Source: a virus
Virus genome (UHGV): UHGV-0218797
DNA: 37,616 bases
Reading direction: 5' to 3' (one strand)
The notes beneath the pieces are model-generated. The model was not told the DNA's origin. It saw only the letters and a list, made by a program, of their open reading frames with translations, and did no database searches. Shown piece after piece: positions 8,791 to 17,514 of the stretch (position 1 is the first letter of the stretch; every line of letters begins with the position of its first letter). Made by a program: the position numbers and the translations under genes.

Positions 8791-10172
8791 TTGTTGGTGA
8801 CGGGATAATTCTGTTCTTCCTCGTATTTTGTGAGTTCCGCGGTCCAGCGGAATTGAATACGCCCCAGCCGTCCGAAGCGGTTTTTGCCGATGATCCACTG
8901 CGCTTCCGTGGGGTCGTGCTTGTCGGGCTTGTACATGTAGGGGCGGTGGATCATGATGATCTGGTCGGCGTCCTGCTCAATGGAGCCGGAGTCGCGCAGG
9001 TCGGAAACGACCGGTTTGCCCTGGGCGTTCCCGGCTCTTTTTTCCACGTCGCGGTTGAGCTGGGCCAGCACCAGGACGGGAATATTGAGTTCCTTGGCCA
9101 GGGATTTGAGGCCGGCGGAGATTTCCGAGACTTCCCGTTCCCGGCTTCCCCGGGCCTGCTGGGTCGTGGAGCGCACCAGCTGCAGGTAGTCCACGCCGAT
9201 GCATTTGACGCCGTGTTCCCGGACCATCCGGCGGCCCCGGGCTCTGATGCTGTCGATGGTGAGGGAGCTTTCGTCGTCGATGTGCAGCGGGGCGGCCGTG
9301 ATTTTCCTGACGGCGGCCGTGAAATGCTGCTGCTGTCCGACCGTCATCGGCTTGCCGCGGCGGATGTCGTCGGAGTTGATGCCGGCCATGCCGTAGAGGA
9401 TGCGTTCCAGGAGCTGGGATTTCGGCATTTCCAGGCTGAACATGCCCACGGGGGTTCCCTCAAGGCAGATGTTGGTGAGGATGTTGACCAGGGCGGCGGT
9501 TTTCCCGACTCCGGGCCGGGCGGCAAGCACGATCATGGCGCCGGGCTGCAGGCCGTCCAGGGTCAGGTCCAGGCGGCGGTATCCGGAGGAGATTCCTTTG
9601 ATAGCTCCGGGGTTGTTCATGCGCCATTGCAGGTTTTCAATGATGGTTCCCACGGCTCCGCGGATGGTTTCGGTTTGGCGGACGCCACACCGGTCCCGCA
9701 GGGCGGACATGCCGCGCTCGGCTTCATCAAGGGCTTCTTCCGCGCTTTTGAGCTGATCGCCGGCGGCTTCCGCCATCCGGGAGGCAAACGCGAGCAGCGC
9801 ATGTTTTTTGGCAGCTTCCGTGACCATTTCCAGGGCGGCGGCGGTTTTGTACCGGGCAAGGGCTCCGTAGGTGGCCGTCTCCACGACTCCGGCGTGCCCT
9901 CCCACGGCGTCAAGCTGGCCCTGGGCTTCAAGGCGCGCGATGACGGTGAGGGCGTCCACGGTTCCTCCCGTGCCGGCGACGGTTTCCAGAGCGGTCCAGA
10001 TTTGCTGGTGCGCCGGGAGGCTGAATGTCTGGCGGCTGATGCCCTTGTCCCGGAGGTCCGCAAAGGCCAGGGAGCCGTCCATTGCCTGGGAGAGCACCAG
10101 TTTTTCGGCGTCGATGAGTGTCTGAGAGTCGATCATGTTTTTTTGAAATTGTTGATTGTTAAAGTTCTTCAA
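8787..10172 (-). CDS. dnaB: Replicative DNA helicase (DnaB family).
   Basis: GISSGYRRLDLTLDGLQPGAMIVLAARPGVGKTAALVNI matches the DnaB H1/Walker A block. Size is 461 aa. Confidence 0.9.
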   Translation of the reverse strand: MKNFNNQQFQKNMIDSQTLIDAEKLVLSQAMDGSLAFADLRDKGISRQTFSLPAHQQIWTALETVAGTGGTVDALTVIARLEAQGQLDAVGGHAGVVETATYGALARYKTAAALEMVTEAAKKHALLAFASRMAEAAGDQLKSAEEALDEAERGMSALRDRCGVRQTETIRGAVGTIIENLQWRMNNPGAIKGISSGYRRLDLTLDGLQPGAMIVLAARPGVGKTAALVNILTNICLEGTPVGMFSLEMPKSQLLERILYGMAGINSDDIRRGKPMTVGQQQHFTAAVRKITAAPLHIDDESSLTIDSIRARGRRMVREHGVKCIGVDYLQLVRSTTQQARGSREREVSEISAGLKSLAKELNIPVLVLAQLNRDVEKRAGNAQGKPVVSDLRDSGSIEQDADQIIMIHRPYMYKPDKHDPTEAQWIIGKNRFGRLGRIQFRWTAELTKYEEEQNYPVTNK

Positions 10173-10839
10173 GGTTGCTGTAAGGGTCTTTGTCTCCGTT
10201 CCCAGGGGGTGGCGGATGGTTGACGGCGTAGGAGGTGGCGAAGCTGATGGCGTCGGATTGCCATTTGGTCACGGGGATGCCGTTGCGGGTCCAGTTGACG
10301 GCATCCCGGCTTCCCCAGTAGGCTGTGGCGCAGTCCGGTATCTGGTCGGGGGTTAAACGCACACGCCCCGCAAAGGCCGCGGCCCGAAGATGGTCTTCGA
10401 CTTCTTCCACGGTGCACGGAAGGGGGGTAGAGGGGGTATTATTCGTCTTCGTCTCCGACTCCGTCTTAGTGTGCATATGCTGCGCATCTGCTAAGCATGT
10501 GCTGCGCATATGTGCATCAGGCGCAGGGTATTTGCTTTTCTTGCTCCGTACCTGTTGCCGGAAGTTGGTCACTTCCAGATATTCTTTTCCCTCGATGGAG
10601 TACAGGACGACGAGCCGGGCTGCCTCACAGGATTTGAGGCAACGTTGAACGGAATCCTCCCTCATGGAGTCGAGTTTCAAGGGGTACAGGGCAGAGCGTA
10701 GAACAGACGAACGGGCGTCAAAACGTCCAAAGTCGTCTACAACGGAGAGCAAGCGGCGGAAAAATACCTCCGCTTCCCAGCTCAGAGAATTAACCGCTTC
10801 GCTGGTTAAAATCCCTTCTCTGATTATTCTATTTGGCAT
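10159..10839 (-). CDS. Putative replication initiation or helicase-loader protein.
   Basis: Immediately upstream of and overlapping dnaB. No firm motif, so the call is positional. Confidence 0.35.
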   Translation of the reverse strand: MPNRIIREGILTSEAVNSLSWEAEVFFRRLLSVVDDFGRFDARSSVLRSALYPLKLDSMREDSVQRCLKSCEAARLVVLYSIEGKEYLEVTNFRQQVRSKKSKYPAPDAHMRSTCLADAQHMHTKTESETKTNNTPSTPLPCTVEEVEDHLRAAAFAGRVRLTPDQIPDCATAYWGSRDAVNWTRNGIPVTKWQSDAISFATSYAVNHPPPPGNGDKDPYSNLEEL

Positions 10840-10851
10840 ATCAAAAAAGTG

Positions 10852-11322
10852 TCAGTTGGGGGTTGTAGATTTCATAAAGACCAGGAAGACGGTCTTCCCG
10901 CGGCGGTGTCCGAACAAAGGTTCATGGCTGGCCAGCTTCAACACTTCTGCCGTGCTGACCTGATCCTCACACCATTTGAACACCAGAACGCCGCCCGGTT
11001 CCAAAACCCGGAAACACTCCCGGAAACCGGCCTTCAAATCCTCCTGCCAAGTCTCCCTGTCCAGTTTTCCGTATTTCTTGGCCAGCCAGGACGATTCCCC
11101 GGCGTGAATCAGGTGCGGAGGGTCGAACACGACAAGGCGAAACGCCCCGTCACTGAAAGGCATGGCCCGGAAGTCTCCGACGACATCCGGCTTGATTTCC
11201 AGAGTGCGCCCGTCGCAAAGCGTGTGTGTTTCCTCCCGGCGGTCCATGAACACCACGTCAGGATGGCGGCGGTCAAACCAGAACATGCGGGAGCCGCAGC
11301 AGGCATCAAGCACAGGCTTCAC
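10852..11322 (-). CDS. Small orphan DNA methyltransferase, N6-adenine or N4-cytosine type.
   Basis: Motif I-like LDACCGSRMF and motif IV-like VVFDPPHL. Size is 156 aa. Confidence 0.55.
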   Translation of the reverse strand: MKPVLDACCGSRMFWFDRRHPDVVFMDRREETHTLCDGRTLEIKPDVVGDFRAMPFSDGAFRLVVFDPPHLIHAGESSWLAKKYGKLDRETWQEDLKAGFRECFRVLEPGGVLVFKWCEDQVSTAEVLKLASHEPLFGHRRGKTVFLVFMKSTTPN

Positions 11323-11681
11323 TCTCCCTCCTTTCTCGGCTCCCAGTTGACAGCAAATCCCTCGTTGATGCAGGGGTTACAAACAACCGGCACGGGTTTA
11401 ATATTTTTGTAAGCGCAGTTGTGGCAATCGCGATGGATTAAAGGCACCCACGCCCTGCACGCGGCCCGTTTCTGGCGAACGACATGAATTTTCGAGGCAA
11501 GGCCCATCGCGTTAATTAGGCATTTCTGTTCATGCATCATGAGACGGCGATATGGTTCCCCGAATCCATGAATGGCATTTTTGCGGATTTTATAAATTGT
11601 CCCTCTGAGAGATTCCACAGCTCGACCATATTCATAAAACGCTTTCTGTTCAGGCGTCATCTTCATTTTCTTTTTCCTCAT
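11319..11681 (-). CDS. Hypothetical Cys-containing early protein, 120 aa.
   Basis: ORF coupled to neighbouring genes. Contains CHNC...CNPC. Confidence 0.4.
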   Translation of the reverse strand: MRKKKMKMTPEQKAFYEYGRAVESLRGTIYKIRKNAIHGFGEPYRRLMMHEQKCLINAMGLASKIHVVRQKRAACRAWVPLIHRDCHNCAYKNIKPVPVVCNPCINEGFAVNWEPRKEGE

Positions 11682-11883
11682 ATTTTAAGTAGACTTCAAT
11701 CGCTTTAAGAAATCCTTTGTATTGGCCCGCTAAATAGCGGTAATACCCAAATGAGAAAATGGATACTAAAACAACTATAAGTTGCGCAATATCAAATATC
11801 ATTGCTTCCTCCTTTCTGCTCAAGCTCCCAGGGCCATTGTTTAATCTCGTCCACATCGTAGGGAAGTGCATTCCCATATACAT
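11650..11883 (-). CDS. Small membrane protein, 77 aa, in an AT-rich patch.
   Basis: Hydrophobic segment IAQLIVVLVSIFSFGYY. Confidence 0.3.
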   Translation of the reverse strand: MYMGMHFPTMWTRLNNGPGSLSRKEEAMIFDIAQLIVVLVSIFSFGYYRYLAGQYKGFLKAIEVYLKYEEKENEDDA

Positions 11884-12157
11884 CCTGAAGATATATTTTC
11901 CCCCGGTCTACGTTTGTATAAAGTACTGTATGTGTATCATCACTAAAACGAACCATGACGTTATCACCCTGCCCTAACCGCATGATGGGGGGAAACTTGG
12001 AGACATATTCTTTCCATCCATCATGATGGTTGAATCCAATCTTGCAGGTAGGGCAACCAAACAATTTGGCCGTAGTAGCGTAATATGGATTAGTTCCTAT
12101 TGCGCATAAGAAATATTCTGAATTTGTTCCGCACAGCGGGCATTTAGGCGTTTTCAT
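11792..12157 (-). CDS. Zinc-ribbon protein, 121 aa.
   Basis: N-terminal CPLCG and C-terminal CPTC pairs. Confidence 0.4.
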   Translation of the reverse strand: MKTPKCPLCGTNSEYFLCAIGTNPYYATTAKLFGCPTCKIGFNHHDGWKEYVSKFPPIMRLGQGDNVMVRFSDDTHTVLYTNVDRGKIYLQDVYGNALPYDVDEIKQWPWELEQKGGSNDI

Positions 12158-12396
12158 CGGGTTCCTTTCTCAATCAAGGCTTTAAGTTCATCAGAACAAC
12201 GGAGGCGTGAAGCATTTTTCACCGTGCAAATAAGGTGCTGCGCCCACCGGGCATGCCGTTTCGTGGGGTACTCCATTCGATAGCGGGCGATAAGCCCTTT
12301 GTGGTGAACAATCGCGGCCTGAACTTCATATTTCCCATCGTCGGTTTTCTTCATGGGGCAAACCTGCTGGACGATGATGTGAGGGTTCCGTTTCAT
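12154..12396 (-). CDS. Hypothetical 80-aa protein.
   Basis: ATGA-coupled within the early operon. Confidence 0.4.
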   Translation of the reverse strand: MKRNPHIIVQQVCPMKKTDDGKYEVQAAIVHHKGLIARYRMEYPTKRHARWAQHLICTVKNASRLRCSDELKALIEKGTR

Positions 12397-12905
12397 GGTT
12401 CCTCCTTCTTCTTAAATTGTTCAACGCTCTTAACCTGAAAGGCCTTGAATCCTGTTCCGTCCAGATAGCAGCGCCCAAACTGGCAAAGGCCGAACGCATC
12501 GGCGGCATTGTTATTGCCGATTTCAACGAGCCAGTTCCTAAGGCAATGCATCATCATGGCGGCTTTTTCCGCCTGCCCTTTCCCGGTAACAAATTTTTTC
12601 AATGTCGCCGGGGCGACGGCAATGTACCGATACCCCATGCGGTGAAGAGACAGGCGGACAACACCGCCCAGTTCCGCAAGGGCCGCCAGGCTTAGAGAGT
12701 TGCCGAAGGCATAGTTTTCAATCACGACAAGATCGGGCATTTCCGCCTCAACGAGGCGTGTAATGGCGTCATCTATATAATCAAGCCGGGACGCCCCCCG
12801 CCTGGCAGTTTTAATGACGCCCCATTTACGGCGTTCGTCGGCGGCGTCTATCGCCCACCCCGTAGAGGTGAGCGACAGATCAAGACCCAGTACACAGTTG
12901 TTCAT
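12393..12905 (-). CDS. RuvC-like Holliday junction resolvase.
   Basis: N-terminal LGLDLSLTSTGWAI resembles the RuvC GIDPG...TG motif. Size and genomic context fit. Confidence 0.65.
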   Translation of the reverse strand: MNNCVLGLDLSLTSTGWAIDAADERRKWGVIKTARRGASRLDYIDDAITRLVEAEMPDLVVIENYAFGNSLSLAALAELGGVVRLSLHRMGYRYIAVAPATLKKFVTGKGQAEKAAMMMHCLRNWLVEIGNNNAADAFGLCQFGRCYLDGTGFKAFQVKSVEQFKKKEEP

Positions 12906-12914
12906 GGCTGTTGA

Positions 12915-13466
12915 TTAGAAGGGGATTTCGTCTTCTTCCGCCGGCGGTCCCGCCGTGGCGCTCATGTGGTTGTTGGCCGGCAGGTCCGCCGGGCGCGGAG
13001 GCAGGGACGCTCCGCCGCGCCCTGCCGCTGCCCTGTCCTGAGCCGCCATGATGGCCCGGGCTTCGTCCGGCCCCAGCACGTCTTCGCAGTTGCTGAATTC
13101 GGGATAAGTCCCGTCCGCCCTGGGCTTGTCTCCCTGTCTGACGCTGAGCCGGACGTAGCAGGGTTTGCCGAGGTATTCCGCCGGGTTGATGATGACCTGC
13201 TGGCCGGGTTGGTAGACGTTCCCGGTGACGTTTTTGACGAACAGGTCGATTTTCCAGGCCAGGTCTTTCGAGGCGGTCAGGTAGTAACGGACCGTCGCCG
13301 CCCCTTCAGGGCCGAAGGCTCTGATGTGGACGGCCAGCTGCGGGCATCCCCGCGTTTTGGCGCCTTGGGAGATTCCTTCTTCCATTTTGACGATTTTTCC
13401 TTCGTAGACGCCCGCGGGGAGAAATCCGTATTCGCTGGGCTCGCCTTCTGATATGTAACTGAACAT
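12915..13466 (-). CDS. DUF669-like phage protein. Predicted ssDNA-binding partner of Sak4-type ATPases.
   Basis: FLPAGVYEGKIVKMEE...GCPQLAVHIRAF... follows the DUF669 pattern. Lies adjacent to the AAA_24 ATPase and the nuclease. Confidence 0.5.
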   Translation of the reverse strand: MFSYISEGEPSEYGFLPAGVYEGKIVKMEEGISQGAKTRGCPQLAVHIRAFGPEGAATVRYYLTASKDLAWKIDLFVKNVTGNVYQPGQQVIINPAEYLGKPCYVRLSVRQGDKPRADGTYPEFSNCEDVLGPDEARAIMAAQDRAAAGRGGASLPPRPADLPANNHMSATAGPPAEEDEIPF

Positions 13467-13471
13467 AATGG

Positions 13472-14635
13472 TTATTTGGTGGTTGCGGTTTTGGAGACGG
13501 AGATTTTTTTAACGTAGGAGGAGCCGGCCCCCGTCCTGACCAGTTCTTCCGGGAATTGTTGTTCCGGCAATGCTTCCGCGAACAAGGCGCGGAAGACGTC
13601 CGCCTTGAGCGGGCCATAGGATTTCAGGAGTTTCGGGACGCCAATCCAGGTGGCGTATTTGGCGACGTCTTCCGGAGCGACGGTGTCCGTGCCTTTCCGG
13701 GAGACGCGCCTGAATCCGGGGACTTCCGTGCCGTTGTTGAGGTAGTCGAGGATTTTTTCTTTTCCCTTTTTGACGTAACTTTCCAGCACAGCCGCCTTGG
13801 TGACGAATTCCGCCAGCCTGGACGGGTTTTCCGCGATTTCGGCGAAGCTCGCTTCCAGCGTTCCGGCTTCCGCCAGGGTCAGCATTTCCTGCGCCGCCCG
13901 GTTCCGCAGCGGGCAGGTGTCCTGCGAGGCGCACCAGCCGCAGTAGTCGCAGAGGCGCGGCCCGCCGCCGCGGTCCACGGCGTCCACCACTCCGTTGACG
14001 ATGGAGATGGCTTCCCGGTAGGTGAATTTCCGGGTGACGATTTGCTGCTGGTCGCAGTAGAGGAGGTGGCAGGTGATTTCATCCATGAATTCCCGTTCCA
14101 TGAAGGATTTCGCGTAAGAGGCCTGCTGTTCCCAGTAGTTGCGGATTTGGCCGCTTTTGAGGTCGAAGAGTTTGCCCAGCGCGGGACAGAGGCAGTCCGC
14201 TTCCCCGCCTGTCACGCGGGGGTGCCATTGCGGGAAGGCGCAGCGGTTTTTGTCGGCAATGATTTCTTCGCCGGAGCAGAGCGTCCGGACCGTTTTCACC
14301 GCCCAGAGGATGGATTCTTTTTCATCGGCTTTCAGGTGTTCACACGCCCTGAATTCGTCCACGCCCATGAGCAGGGACCGGAAGGCGGCGTCCATCCGGG
14401 TTCCCCGCTGGGCCGCTTCCCCCGCGTCGGGGGAGGAGACGTAGCAGGGGCATTGCGCCAGCTTGGGGAGCAGGGACGGCCTCAATAGTTCCGTGGCCGG
14501 GGCCGGACGGGGCCCGGCAATGTCAGCGAGGATTTTTTGCAGGTCGTCCAGGCTGACGGCGTATTCCGCTCCGTCCAGGGAGAGGACGGCATGCCCGGTT
14601 TCGCGGGCGACGTTGATGCAGGTGACGGGTTTCAT
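13472..14635 (-). CDS. PD-(D/E)XK nuclease, Cas4/RecB-like, with a C-terminal Cys cluster.
   Basis: GGEADC...FDLKSGQ...NYWEQQASY carries the D, D-x-K and QxxxY motifs. The C-terminal CDYCGWCASQDTCP looks like an Fe-S-type cluster. Confidence 0.6.
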   Translation of the reverse strand: MKPVTCINVARETGHAVLSLDGAEYAVSLDDLQKILADIAGPRPAPATELLRPSLLPKLAQCPCYVSSPDAGEAAQRGTRMDAAFRSLLMGVDEFRACEHLKADEKESILWAVKTVRTLCSGEEIIADKNRCAFPQWHPRVTGGEADCLCPALGKLFDLKSGQIRNYWEQQASYAKSFMEREFMDEITCHLLYCDQQQIVTRKFTYREAISIVNGVVDAVDRGGGPRLCDYCGWCASQDTCPLRNRAAQEMLTLAEAGTLEASFAEIAENPSRLAEFVTKAAVLESYVKKGKEKILDYLNNGTEVPGFRRVSRKGTDTVAPEDVAKYATWIGVPKLLKSYGPLKADVFRALFAEALPEQQFPEELVRTGAGSSYVKKISVSKTATTK

Positions 14636-15660
14636 TGGGCGGCAGGGGTGTTGTATTGCAGAACGGCCGTGTTGAACCGGTCGGGGGCGGAGAGGATGAA
14701 GGTGGCGAATTTTTCCGAGACGGCTTCAAGGCCCTGCCCCGGCTGGATTTCCTTTTTGTACGCGAGGAAGTTCAGCGCTCCCGGCACGTCGTTGATGACC
14801 GCGGCCAGTTGGTCCGCCAGGGAGGGAGCCGGTTTTTCCTGCTGTGCGGGAGGCGGCGCCTGCTTTTCGCCGGCCGGAGCGTTCCCGGAAGGTCCGCAGC
14901 CCTCTCCAAACAGCAGGCGGGAGATTTCCCCGGCGTCCATCGCCATCACCGCGGGCATCCCGTGCCGGTTTTTGGCTTCCCAGGTGGCCCGGTGTTCCGT
15001 GTAGACGGCCCGGAGTTCCCCGCCTTTGGCCTTGCCTCCGTCCGTGAAGGTGGTCACGTAGTTGCAGAACAGGATAGCGTCCCCCCATTCCTTGAGTTTT
15101 TCCTTGGCGGTGATGGCCTGTTTGGCCGGAGCGTTGATTTTGATGGTGTACATGGTGTAGGCTTCCCCTTCCGGAGGGTTCACCGTTTCCACTCGGCAGT
15201 GGCAGATGACGGCGATGTGCAGCCCTGCGCTCCGGCAGTTGTCAAAGACGGAAAGCAGGTTGACGAACATTTCGCTGGCCTGGGCGTACCCTTTTCCATA
15301 GCCGATGCTTTCAATGGAGGAGATTTTTCCGTCTTTGGGGGAGGCGTTGTAGTCCCTGATGACCTGGCGGGCGCACATGTCCCACAGGCGGTCTCCCGTG
15401 TCGATAACGAGCGTTTTGTAAGGGAGGTTTCCGTTCCGGGCTTCCTTGTAGATGTCCTGCAGGGCTTCCAGCATGGCGCCGTAGTGGTCTACCTGGATGC
15501 GGTCCACATTCATGTGCTGGGTTCCTTCTTCCGTGTCCAGGAAGAGGGGGGCGGGCAACCCGGCCGCCAGCGTGGATTTTCCCACGCCTTCCGGCCCGTA
15601 GATGATGACACGCTGCGGCCGCTGCTGCACTCCGCGCTTGATGTTTTGTAATAGGCTCAT
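14632..15660 (-). CDS. AAA_24 (Sak4-like) recombination ATPase with a Pro/Gln-rich C-terminal extension.
   Basis: VIIYGPEGVGKSTLAAGLPAPLFLDTEEG matches the AAA_24 N-terminal block. Confidence 0.7.
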   Translation of the reverse strand: MSLLQNIKRGVQQRPQRVIIYGPEGVGKSTLAAGLPAPLFLDTEEGTQHMNVDRIQVDHYGAMLEALQDIYKEARNGNLPYKTLVIDTGDRLWDMCARQVIRDYNASPKDGKISSIESIGYGKGYAQASEMFVNLLSVFDNCRSAGLHIAVICHCRVETVNPPEGEAYTMYTIKINAPAKQAITAKEKLKEWGDAILFCNYVTTFTDGGKAKGGELRAVYTEHRATWEAKNRHGMPAVMAMDAGEISRLLFGEGCGPSGNAPAGEKQAPPPAQQEKPAPSLADQLAAVINDVPGALNFLAYKKEIQPGQGLEAVSEKFATFILSAPDRFNTAVLQYNTPAAQ

Positions 15661-15724
15661 ATTATTTCCTTGTTTGATTGTATTCAGGTCGGGTGTCAGT
15701 TCCTGCTGGCCCCGGCCTTTTTGG

Positions 15725-16096
15725 TTATGGGTAGTTGGAAAGGGTACTGACGGAGTTACGTTTCCGCTTAGCGGGAGGTTTGTTCATGTCCGTCCTGGTT
15801 TTGGATGTCTTTTGGGTCAAATACCTGTACACGCTTATCGCGGAAATTCTATATTCGCGTTGATTGGTGCCAATGTCTTCTATTTCATGGTTCTGCAACA
15901 GGTTACGAACCTTTTTCCTACCCCATAAACAAGCAGGGTGTTTCCGCAGATCCTCAAGGGTAAGCCATATCTTGCCGTCGAACATGCGAGTGGCATTCTC
16001 TTCCTCGGACTCATTCAAAATCAACAAGCCACGTTCATGAAGGGATTCTATGGTTTGCTCCACAATAGAGGTTACAAATTGATCTAATCCGTTCAT
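15725..16096 (-). CDS. Hypothetical early protein, 123 aa.
   Basis: ORF in the leftward early operon. Confidence 0.4.
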   Translation of the reverse strand: MNGLDQFVTSIVEQTIESLHERGLLILNESEEENATRMFDGKIWLTLEDLRKHPACLWGRKKVRNLLQNHEIEDIGTNQREYRISAISVYRYLTQKTSKTRTDMNKPPAKRKRNSVSTLSNYP

Positions 16097-16102
16097 AATT
16101 CA

Positions 16103-16294
16103 CTAAGATTTAACGATGAAATAAATGATTGCAAAAATCCCAACCAGCAGAGCGGAAAAGACAAGGTTCTGTACGATACCGGGCCGGGGCTTGAGTTCGT
16201 CTTCCGAAAAGTCTATTGGGCAGCCGTAAAGAGATTTCATTTTCTCGGCGCGGTCTCGGCGCATCCAATATTGTTCGTTCGTCATTTTTTTCAT
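16103..16294 (-). CDS. Small membrane protein, 63 aa.
   Basis: C-terminal hydrophobic helix NLVFSALLVGIFAIIYFIV. Confidence 0.35.
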   Translation of the reverse strand: MKKMTNEQYWMRRDRAEKMKSLYGCPIDFSEDELKPRPGIVQNLVFSALLVGIFAIIYFIVKS

Positions 16295-16365
16295 TGTTGT
16301 TCAGGGGGCGGGTTAAAGCTCGTGCCAGCCGAGCCGGATAAATTCTTCGATCAGGTCTTCTTCCA

Positions 16366-16566
16366 TTAGGCTGCAGGCTTCTTGGGGTTCTTCGGGCGGG
16401 GAAGATCGCGGGGCGTGGTCAAGTGAACACGGAATCCCCTGCGGAATGATTCTCGTTCAATGATGCGAATAATAGCCTCCGAAGGCTTCAACCCTTCTTC
16501 CGCTTCGGCCAGCAGATGGCTCTTGCAGCCGTCCGGCAATTTGTCTAAGTCGATTTCTGTTTTCAT
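16366..16566 (-). CDS. Cro-like first leftward early regulator. Tentative.
   Basis: It is the first gene divergent from the repressor across the operator region. It is small at 66 aa. Confidence 0.35.
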   Translation of the reverse strand: MKTEIDLDKLPDGCKSHLLAEAEEGLKPSEAIIRIIERESFRRGFRVHLTTPRDLPRPKNPKKPAA

Positions 16567-16587
16567 GATCTCTCGTAGTTGATGAAA

Positions 16588-16689
16588 TCTTTTTACGTAA
16601 AAATCATGAACACGTCAACACACATTTCATGTTTTATGCGTGATATTTTCTAATCAATAGGTTGACTTTTCATGAAATGTGCGTAAAAT
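16588..16689. promoter_or_regulatory. Divergent immunity promoters and operators.
   Basis: Rightward promoter: TTGACT at 16662-16667, a 16-nt spacer, then TAAAAT at 16684-16689. This ends 6 nt before the repressor ATG, which implies a leaderless transcript. Leftward promoter, read on the minus strand: TTGACG (16611-16616), a 17-nt spacer, then TAAAAA (16588-16593). A palindromic TCATGA core sits in each spacer (16604-16609 and 16669-16674; the latter lies within TTTCATGAAA). The 11-bp inverted repeat CACATTTCATG (16621-16631) pairs with CATGAAATGTG (16671-16681). Confidence 0.4.
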
Positions 16690-16695
16690 CAACGT

Positions 16696-17457
16696 ATGAC
16701 GCCGACTAAAGAAGACGTAAAAAAATGGCTCAAAACTATAGGTAAGGATCGCTTTTGGCTTTCAGGGAAACTCAACACGCCTAAAAGAACCATAGACAAC
16801 TGGCTTGCTCCCGGAGGGGCATTCCCTGCTTATGCAGTTCTTCAGCTCCAAAAACTAATGAACGGAGAAGCCGAATCCTCTCCCCGCATCGTCATAGACT
16901 TCACAGATGAAGAATGGGACATCATCTGTGAGGCTGCTAAAGCCCACAAAGAAACCTTCCTGGAATTCGTCAATACCGCCATTCAAAATGCCGCCAAAGA
17001 AAAAGAGGCTGCCCGCAAGAAGTTTACCCCGGTAGAAACATTCACAGCCCCTCCCTTGGAGGCTCAGGGACGAATCATCGGCAACATTGCCGCCGGCAAC
17101 CTGGCGGATGGAGACACCATTCCGCAGGACATCCGACTATACCGTGAACTGGAAAAAGGGGAATACTTGCTGCGCGTGAACGGTCACTCTATGGAACCTT
17201 CCATTCCGGACGGCTCCGTGGTCATCATGAAAAAATACACTATCCCCCCCATCCCCAAACCCGGAACCATTGTTCAATACCATGATGAACGCGGCGTGAC
17301 GCTCAAAAAACTGGTTCGCAGGAAAAACCCGGAAACCGGCAAAATGGAATACACCCTCCATCCCATCAACCCCAACTTCGGAGACATCGAACCCATGGAC
17401 GGAGGAAAAATCTCCGGCGTGTACGTGGAGACGCTGGAACGCTGGAAGAAGGCATAA
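16696..17457 (+). CDS. CI-like repressor with a C-terminal S24 (LexA-like) autopeptidase domain.
   Basis: NGHSMEP provides the catalytic Ser and TLKKL the Lys. The N-terminal region is HTH-like. The gene is divergent from the early operon. Confidence 0.8.
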   Translation: MTPTKEDVKKWLKTIGKDRFWLSGKLNTPKRTIDNWLAPGGAFPAYAVLQLQKLMNGEAESSPRIVIDFTDEEWDIICEAAKAHKETFLEFVNTAIQNAAKEKEAARKKFTPVETFTAPPLEAQGRIIGNIAAGNLADGDTIPQDIRLYRELEKGEYLLRVNGHSMEPSIPDGSVVIMKKYTIPPIPKPGTIVQYHDERGVTLKKLVRRKNPETGKMEYTLHPINPNFGDIEPMDGGKISGVYVETLERWKKA

Positions 17458-17514
17458 CTTCCCCCCATCAAAAAACAGTATACATCATAACTAAAATACA
17501 CTTATTATCATTCT

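Noticed and set aside
8772-10223. 483-aa plus-strand ORF.
   Set aside because: Fully antisense to the DnaB helicase gene, which has unmistakable motifs. Composition is Gly/Asp/Val-rich with no motif.
10849-11412. 187-aa plus-strand ORF.
   Set aside because: It overlaps the methyltransferase gene on the opposite strand, which carries clear MTase motifs I and IV.
13556-15651. Long plus-strand ORFs (310 aa and 338 aa).
   Set aside because: Antisense to the Cas4-like nuclease and Sak4-like ATPase genes. They are compositionally biased and have no start or RBS context.
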